Shown one piece after another: positions 54,870 through 63,946 of a stretch of 63,946 nt of DNA. Location: NCBI GenBank assembly GCA_003427395.1, contig BFEA01000013.1, positions 6,559,038 to 6,622,983 of the forward strand. The letters run 5' to 3'. Position numbers and translations under genes: made by a program. The notes beneath the pieces are model-generated. The model saw nothing but the letters and a program-made list of their open reading frames with translations, was not told where the DNA came from and ran no database searches. This DNA comes from Chara braunii. Lineage: Eukaryota; Plantae; Charophyceae. The stretch's first letter is position 1; every line of letters starts with the position of its first letter.

Positions 54870-57867
54870 GTTATGTCGGGCTACGGGGGCCAGGATCTGA
54901 TTCGATGCCACAGGGCAAACATTGATTGGACATTTGGCAGGGAGAATATTTTGGAATTTGCTATAGCAATCTTGACCTTCTCCCTCACCCCAATCCTCAT
55001 CTTGCTCTCCCCCATTTCCTCATCCTTGATTCTCCTCATGTGCTCGATCAAGGAGGGACCTTTCTTCCATGTGTCCCAAGTGTGCTTGTGTGTTTGTTTA
55101 TGTATGTCCCAAGTGTGCTTGTGTATTTGTTCCTGTCTCTGTCTATGTCCCAAATCTGCTCGTGTGTTTGTTTTTAAATTTGTCCCAAGTTCGCTTGTGT
55201 GTACCGACTGACCCAGCTCAACTGGCACACCAACGGGCTGTTGAAATACAGACTCCAGTTTGCTTGTGTGTTCATTTCTGTATCTGTCACAACTTTGCTT
55301 GCGTGTTTGTTGCAGTCTCTGTATGTTTGTTTCTATCGTTGTGCCGCCAGCCTTGTCCTTCTGGTAAACCGAGCCCACAACTATGCGGTGCGTTAAGGAC
55401 GGCGTTAGAACAAAAATGGGTGGGAAAGGGACTGGTGGTATCACACTTATTATTCTGGGCAGCAGAGTCGGGGGAACTGGTTCAAGTTTAGGGGTCAGTA
55501 AATCTGCACGTGTGTTTCTGTTGATCGTTATTTGTGCCTCCTCCTCCAATTAGGTGGGAGCATTGCATGATCGAGTAGTGTAGTGTTTATTGTGGGTCAG
55601 GTAGATATAGCCAATGTGCAGATCATTATAAGGTATCGGTTTTTGTTCAACATCAGATTGATGGAAAAACATGCCTTTGACAAGGACTGGTAGTGTGTGC
55701 ATGTGTCGTGCCCTGCGGTCATCTTTGATAGGCAGCTATGATAAGAGTTGTAGGTTCAATTGGTCTACAGTGGAATGCTTGGAGCATGGGGACAACAGGG
55801 TGATGTCTTACAGCTCCTACTAGTTGCCATTGCTACTGCCTCCCACCCCCCTCCCCTCCCCTCCCCTCCCCCTCCCTGGTATGCCATGCACATTGTTAAC
55901 AACATCGAACTTTGGACCCCCCCACCCACCCCCAACCCCTAACCCCCTTTTCACACCGTCCTGCCACCACCACACACGAACACCCCCAGTTACAGCAAGC
56001 TGCCTACCTGCTGGTGTAATCATAAAAACTCCAGTATAGTGGGTCTGCAGCAAGCTTACCCAACTTGTGAAATTATGTCTCAGCTCTATGTTTATAATAC
56101 TTTATATGGATGAGTCTGTGATGCCGACCTGGTAAGTCAGTTGCTGTCAGCATGGCGTGGTGTCAGCATCTGCTAAGTGAATCTGGCTCCAACGCCCTTC
56201 CGGGAAAAAAAATTGGGCAGGATTTGTGAGTGTTGTTCTTTGTACTGCAAGAACATATGACGATGGGTAGCTTGTAGGGTTTTGAATACACCATCCAAGT
56301 GTTCAGTCAGGTTAAAGAAGTTCAAGTGCATCAAGTCAAGGTGAGTGTTGAGGTCCAAGCTTCTCGCCTCAGTGTTTTTGTTACGTACATGATGAAATCC
56401 GTATCGTAATCCACGCTTGAATTAAGAGTAATTTAAGTAGTGGCTTGATGCATGTTAGGTGTAGGCCGAATGATTGCAACAGAATGGAAAACCTATAGGA
56501 AATGTTGTAAATCGCAGGAAAAAAAAAATGGCCATAGTAACGGAACGGAATAGAGAGTAACCAAATGGCCACAGTAACGGAATGAAATGACAGAAAGGAC
56601 TAACCGCAAAATATGCACCTACCCTCTCAAGGACACACACCGTTAGGGATTGGGATCATTCAGGGGGCTCGCCGGGGGGGGAGGGGTGATTTTATTTTTT
56701 TTTTCATTTTAAAGTTGCGCAGACACATGGGGGGAGGGGACCTCCGCAAGCGATCCCCTATTTAAAAAATTAAAAAATTCATCTGTTCGGGCGCAGTGTT
56801 CGGCCCGAACGCCTGGTCGACGGGTCCCATACGTACAGGTCTGGGCGTTCGTTCCATTCCAAACGCTGGTGACTCTGGTCAACGATGAAAAAACATTAAT
56901 GTGCGAAAATAATTTATTTCACACAACTGAATGGTCAAATAGCAATAATATAAACGAATACATGAATTTAATCATGCAAAACTACAAATTAGTACTAACA
57001 GCTGATGATTTACACTTGTTGCATACAACAAAGTGACTTAACAACAACACAATAATCTCTTACAATAAGAATGAACAATAAACATTTATCCACCTTCCAC
57101 GATTTTGTTTTCCCATGTCATATCACTGACAATCATTGGACATTGGGACACATTAATTTTACTACAACCATTCATAGCATATTATGATCGTAAGAATATA
57201 ATAATAATACTAATATTTTGAAAAAATACAAAGATGGTGTTATAAACATAAATATAAGTAACGCACACTTTGTATTGACGGACCTCTACAATACAATTAA
57301 TTTGATTGTGGACTATTTACATTACTAATGATACGATATTTGCTACTTTCAAATCTACAAAAACATATTAATGACTTCACTGAAAAACAAATATATTATA
57401 TTACAAATCTTTCTTACATAACAAACTACAAACAAACCAACTACAAGAAATATACCCACACCCACATAAAAAATATACACCACAAAAATATGATTGTAAA
57501 TTATTTATGCATATAACAAATATAATAAAACACAAGCAAATTTATTTAAAATAACATAAAACATTTTACTAACCTCTATTTTACAATATTCATCAAAACA
57601 ATAAAAAAAAAAAGAAAAAAAACAACAAACAATAATAAAATAAACAGTCTTTTAAAAGTTATCGTGACTTTCCATTCAACCACGTACAAATACTTGCTAC
57701 AAATTTTTACTTCAATAAGTTTTCTAACCACTAATGAAAAACATGCCTTTATATTTTACGATACGTTTAACAAAATAGTTTCAATAAACATTTATGCATT
57801 ACACAAAAAATAATGTTAAATACCACAACGAATTTTATTTAGTTCTTTCTTTAAAAATAATAATAAT

Positions 57868-58611
57868 CAGGGTCACCAGCCCGTACGTACGGAAGTCCCT
57901 GGGTAGACCTCCTTATGTACGGGGGTTCGAGATCCCGTATAGGATCCGAACCCGACGGTGTTCGGCCCCCGCCAAAAATTATTTTGGAGCCTAAACATAT
58001 TTATTTTTTTCTGAATTTGTTTTTGTGAGTTCTCTATGATGTGAGGTACATGCCTGTAAATTTTCAAGTCATTTTGCTAAGCCAAATAATAATTAAAAAT
58101 CGCCAAAGATGGCGGTGCCAAAACGTGCTGGCCCACGTATTTTTTCACTTTTTACTTTTTGTTTTCACTTTAGTTCGGGAACTAAACAATTTTATTATTT
58201 TTTGAAACGTTTTTAGTGGGTTGTGTATCATGTGAAGTACACATCTATAAATTTTCAGGGTATTTAGATGTGCCAAAAAAAAAAAAAAAAAATCGCCAAA
58301 GATGGCGGTGTCAAAAACATGCTCGCGCACTCACTAAATTTAATTCTCTTTCTATTTTTATTTTTTTTATTATTAGTATTTATTTTCCGTATTTTATTTT
58401 TATTTCAAATTTGGTAAGATACTTGGATGCAATGCTCAGGCAAATCTTGTTTAATTTATTTTTCTCCATAACATATCTTTTTTTCAGATTTGTTTTATGA
58501 ACTTTTTTTTTTTTTTTTTTTTGGTCCGTCCAAATCATCCCCAAGGGGTCCCATACGTTCGGGTGTTCGGGCGTTCGGGCGTTCGGCCCGTCCCGAACGC
58601 CAGTTACCCTA
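57868..58611. mobile_element. hAT-type MITE/non-autonomous element
   Basis: TIR CAGGGTCACCAG / CCAGTTACCCTA; 8-bp TSD ATAATAAT (within an AAT repeat); internal duplication AATCGCCAAAGATGGCGGTG. Confidence 0.85.
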
Positions 58612-61239
58612 ATAATAATAATAATATATTTTTGTTTTTGTATTTTTTGTATCTCATTTTTATGGCATTTTGGAAAATGGACAAAGATCTTTAAACCAAA
58701 AACAACCAACCAAACAATAATAATATTATTATAATACTTAATAAGTATTCGTTCATATTTTTATCAAAAAACATATTTTTTCATAAACTATAACAATCAT
58801 AACAAAAACAAAACTAAAAATATAAAAATTACAAATATTTATCTTTAAAAAAAAAATCATCTTCATAATTTCATACACAAACAGTAAATAAATATCATGT
58901 TTAAAATTTCATACTCATATTTATCACTTCTATTTTTTTTTTTACAGGTCTGATATTGAAGCACTCAAGAGGAAACTCTATTAAATCGACATAGACATAC
59001 AACAAGTTCGAGATGTTTCACAAACAATTTTCACAACATTTGACAGTTGCAGAGACTGGATGACAGAGACACAAGGAAACACCTTTTAATATGTCTATTT
59101 AGCAGACACATATTTATTAAACACATCAACACTCAACAACATAGTATTAGTCAAAAATATTGACAATGCAATAAAAATGATATTCAAATACCTCAGAAAA
59201 ACAATAGTCTGACACATTAAAGAAAATTATAAACTACCACCAATTAAAACCTTCTTATATTAAAAAAAAAATAACATGTCATAATTACAGTGATTTTTTA
59301 AACAAAGAAATATCAATATTCAACATAAAATAAAACAATCTAACACCGCCACTAGCAATAGAAAATATGACATCTCATGTCATATATCCCACACCTCACA
59401 AAAACGCCACAACCACTATCAATACCACCACCACCAGCACAATCAACAACAACAACAACAGAGACAAGAAAAAACTAGCTTCATCACTACGGCTACATCA
59501 TAAAGCAAAGAGGATCTGGACCATGCACATAATGGAGGTGACATTGACCAAATTATCTCGAAATTTTGTGAAGAATGACTACGAGGAAAACAAACGGATT
59601 AGATCGCCGAGATAAGATGGACGGAGTAGTCAACAAACTGATGAGGCGGACATGGTTAAAGACTATCGCCTGCATTTCCACAAGCAGATAGCAACAGACT
59701 CCAGAAAACGTTGAGACGGGTGCAACAGTTTGCAAACCTATTCCCCACCCACCCTCTACCTCTAGTCGAAAGACTGCCATGAGCGGCATCAACATTCATT
59801 CAGGAATAATTGGAGAAGAAGTACCACTCTAGCACCACTCCACATGACTCTCACGGAACGAAAGGGGGAAAGGAGGACTATGATAGACAACCTTGTAAAA
59901 GAGCAAGGAAAATTGCAATAGAGTTTAAGTATGTCATGATCTACGACTGCCATCCCTACAAGAGAGCAACTATATCTATGTATACTTGTAAATGTTAGAG
60001 GTGCCCCCTACTCTTTCATCATTCCAATCATCATAACAAACCACAGAAGCAATAACCTACAGAACAAAGAAGGACAGTTTAGAGACCGGCGAGAACACGC
60101 GTCGCCTCACTGGTGCCACATAGTGGTCTCATTGTGTCTCCATGCCAAAAACTCGAAGCCTGACCTCCAACGGACGTCAACAACATTTTTTAGCATCCTT
60201 CTCAATTAATCCTCTACAATCCAAAGAAATGCAAAGTAACCAAAGTTAGCAAGCTTCTTACATATATTTTCTTAATCCTTTTGCCAAGTTCTCAGTTAAA
60301 AATATATGTATATCGTCAAATAAAATTGCCCGGTAAACCGTAGGCAGAGAGGGAGAAGAGGACAACAAACGAGGGGCTGTGACAAACTGTTTCGTCGGAG
60401 TTTCACCGACTCATCAGGAGGATATATATATATATATAGATGGGATGTTCGACCCGGTTTCCAGTAGGTGTCGCTCCCCACCAATAAAAGAAGCAACGCG
60501 ACAGATAAACCCTCAATTCGGATTCAAAGCCATTGGCAACATTTGTTTCTCCAACTGCATTATAATTTTCTATAACTATATATAATTATGGATTTCTTAT
60601 ATGCATGACTCTTTCTTTTTGTTGCTTCTGCTGCAGTTGCTCTCATCATGTATCTGTACATTTGTCAGTAACTAAGTGACTTCAGATACTTTATCCAATC
60701 TCCCAATTCACAATCCTAATGCTCTAATACAACCGCTTTAAGCATTCATGCTTGCAATATAGGGCGTACACCAAAAGTGAAAACATAAGTACCCCACTTC
60801 GCTTTCTCTCTCTCCATCACCACCACAACCCACATCAACAACGAACACAAGAAAAAAAAAACTTAAACCACTGGTACATCTCCCAAATTTTTTTATTTTT
60901 ATTTTTTTCTCTCTCTCCCTCTCCCTTCCCCACCGACATGGGGCAAAACCCTCACATCAATGCAAGTTACAACAATGCTTCAAAATATGTATCTGACCAA
61001 TATATCAGAACCATAACAATTTTCACAACAAAGAAATCGACTATGATCTCACTCAAACATCAACCTATCTCCTACAACCACGGATAAAGCATGAACAATG
61101 TCACGATGATTTTCACCTACAACAACGACATTTGTACCATCTCCACGCCTAATCGACTTCAAGAAAATGTGAACAAATCAAAAAATTGCAGAGCTCGTAA
61201 ATTTTGTTGACATTTTTCCCTATTTGGTACCATTTGGCA

Positions 61240-63146
61240 ATAACCTTTTCATCCCTAAGGCTCCAATATAGTGGGCTTCAACGTACGTGTCAAAGTGATA
61301 AAAATCACCAAAGTTCCCTCTTGTAAATTGCAGGACTGGATTTCCCGGTATTGTCCGCCTTCGATAGTTTGCATATAAAACTTCAGACAATGCCTTTGCT
61401 TCTAACTTCGTTTTGGGGTGACCAAGGTGCAAAGTAGATTCTTAGAAGGCAAAAGTTTTGGGGGAATAAATAAAATCATTGTTGTTGTAGCGAAAATATC
61501 AGAAAAATTTCAAAAAACCATTCAGACCGCAAAACAATCATAACGCTAATTCGACATTAAAAATTACCGAGCTCATTTGAATGCATGGTAAGACCACAAA
61601 ATAATTATCACACGGATTCAACACATTTTCCATATTTCTCACTCAACTATGTATGGTCCTGCGGAAAAAGTACTTCAAACTTCAATAATTTTTTTTTTTT
61701 TTTTTTTTTTTCTCTCTCTCTCTCTCTCTCCCCCTCTCTTTTTCTCTCCCTCTCTCTCTTTTGCACGCATGCACGTAGTCTCATTGCTTTCGTTACCTTA
61801 AGGTTGCCTTCCCCTCGCCCAAGTGATAACGGCCATTTCATCAAAATAGCCATTTTTTAGTGTTTGAACGAAATTGAAACATAATTTTTTAGCCGCAAAC
61901 TCCTTAAAATTTACTGTTCCTGAGGGTCCAGCGTTTGTGAAACGTTGGACCCCCCGGCTGTACATGGACCTACCTTGAGAACAAGCACCTCCAGGCAGTC
62001 CTGCTTAGAGGTGCTTGTTCTCAAAGTAGGTCCATGTACAGCCGGGGGGTCCAACGTTTGACAAACGCTGGACCCTCTGGAACAGATAATTTTAACGACT
62101 TTTCGACCAAAAAACTCGGTTTCAATTTTGTTGAACAAATAAAAGATGTCCTTTTTGACGAAATGGTCGGTTGGTAGACAACTCGCAGCCCTTAGGCTGC
62201 GGAATAGTGGGCTTCGAGGTCTATATCAAAGGTGTCGCATTTTTGGTAGCGGGCGACCAGGACGCAAAGTGGGTTCTTAGGGGGCAAACAACTTTGGGGA
62301 TCGGTCCTTGCCAAAATTGCAAATTACGTTCAACTAGCTCTCGTAGATCCCGGACTTGTGGAAAAAGGAAGGACCCATCCTCGGGTGGAAGTGAACCCCA
62401 AAAAGAAGTGGGGGGCATTGGACCGCCACTCGGGTAGAAAAGGACCCCAAAAAGAACTGACGGCATGTGAACTGCAGAAGGGCCTGAGGACCCACGAGTT
62501 GAGACTCGTCGTCTCCGAATAGGAAGGTTAAGCACAACGAAAAAAAACTTTTGCAAAAGGCAACTTTGACGATTTTTTGTGCTCGGACAAACCCGCAGAA
62601 AAATCTGCAATTTTCAAAATCCACAGATGAGATCGTGTTCTTTCCAGGAATAATATTATAACATTTACGATTTTTTGTGCTCGGACGAACCCGCAGAAAA
62701 ATCTGCAATTTTCAAAATCCACAGATGAGGTCGTGTTCTTTCCAAGAATAATATTATAACATTTTTAAAAAATCACTCAGACTGCGAAATAATTATCCCG
62801 CCGATTCAGCACATTTTCCATTTTTGTCACTCAGCCATGTGTGGGCCAACTAAAAAGGTACTCCAAATTCAGTGAGTTCTTGTGCTCAGAAGAATGAGTG
62901 AAAAAACCTGAAAATTGGAGTTGTCGTAAATTCAGTGAGATCTTTCCAGAAATAAACACTCAATAAATTAAAATAAATCATTCGAACTATGAAATAGATT
63001 GCCATCGCAATTTGATCCATAGTTCAAGTTTGGCATTCAATATCTCTCTCTCTCTTTATGGTAGCCCCCCCCCTCTCTCTCTCTTTCTCTCTCTCACTCT
63101 CACTCTTTGTCTCTCTCTCACACCCATAATAATAAATGGAACAAAA

Positions 63147-63185
<39 letters not shown>

Positions 63186-63946
63186 GTAGCCCCCCCCACT
63201 CCCTCCCTCTCTGTTCTTCTCTTGCGCTCGTAACAATAAATGGAACAAAACTCTCTATCTCTCCCTTAGTGGAAAGCAACGTCACGTGTGTCGGCACCAG
63301 ACCCCACCTCAATGTTTGTCCCCGCCTCCGCTTTTCTTTTCGGGGTCCGCTCCCATTCGAGGACCGGTCCTTCCGTTTTCCAAAAGTCCCGGTTCTACAA
63401 GAGCTACATGTAGGTTGTTCGCAATATCTTAAAGGACCGGTCAACCCACTTGTGTTCTGGTCGCCGGCTGCCGAAAATGCGATACCTTGACACAAACGCC
63501 AAGGCCCATTATAGCGCTGCCTTAGGGCTGCAAACACAAAAGGGACACCGACGGGTGCAGTCCCTTATAGACGATTTTTTGTGCTCAGACGAGTTTGCAG
63601 AAAAATATAAAAATTTGAAAATCTATACATCAGGTCATGATCTTTCCAGGACAAATATCAGAAAAAAAATTATAAATCTTAGAGAACCGCGTAATCGTCG
63701 CACCGATTCTACATATTTTCCATTTTTGCAACAACCATGTGTGGGCTAAGGAAAACGTACTCCAATTTACGTGATTTTTTGCTCTCGGCAGGATGCGTGA
63801 AAAAACCTGAAAATTGGGTTCCTCGTAGATTTTGTTGTCATCTTTCCAAGAATTATAACAAATAAATTAAAAAAAAAACAATTTTAAATGTGAAATAGAT
63901 CCCAGTCGCTATCTGAACCATATTACAATCTTGCCATGCAGCTTCA
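61240..63946. repeat. Modular repeat region with direct and inverted blocks
   Basis: GATTC..CA.ATTTTCCAT block at about 61615, 62803 and 63705; 98-bp tandem duplication at 62569-62764; 62185-62420 is inverted relative to 63330-63530. Confidence 0.75.
61914..62085. repeat. Near-perfect 172-bp palindrome
   Basis: CTGTTCCTGAGGGTCCAGCG...GCAG tc CTGC...CGCTGGACCCTCTGGAACAG; looser symmetry extends from about 61830 to 62170. Confidence 0.95.

Noticed and set aside
53200-56400. Multiple overlapping ORFs as separate genes
   Set aside because: GC-rich low-complexity sequence inside the hAT boundaries, probably the transposase tail and subterminal region; no recognisable domains.
59367-59800. Possible LINE ORF2 remnant
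   Set aside because: Only a vague resemblance; no endonuclease or RT motif can be read.

Overview
Eukaryotic, repeat-saturated genomic DNA with no recognisable host gene. The peptide style and microsatellite load suggest a streptophyte alga such as Chara; this is inference from recall and was not verified. (1) 1-20794 is a degenerate Ty3/Gypsy LTR retrotransposon (+ strand; gag-PR-RT-RH-INT). Its 3' LTR appears to be about 7.7 kb long (13116-20794, TGTCG...CGACA) and carries ORFs. The LTR and the leader before gag hold four paralogous copies of an unknown domain with a conserved F-x6-D-[ILV]-R-x-Y motif, the same spacing as the PC4 ssDNA-binding signature. (2) 24712-56877 is a hAT (BED finger/DUF659/dimerisation) DNA transposon. 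Its transposase pseudogene is split exactly at the PGET|RY motif by a 23.4 kb insertion (28809-52220) bounded by termini of a related giant-LTR family. (3) Nested in that insertion are a chromovirus 3' end, a second Gypsy with a Gag-like extra ORF after integrase, a hairpin-unit satellite containing a TTAA-flanked MITE, a long hairpin, a tRNA-like sequence and three assembly gaps. (4) The rest is hAT MITEs, AT-rich DNA and a modular repeat region containing a near-perfect 172-bp palindrome.
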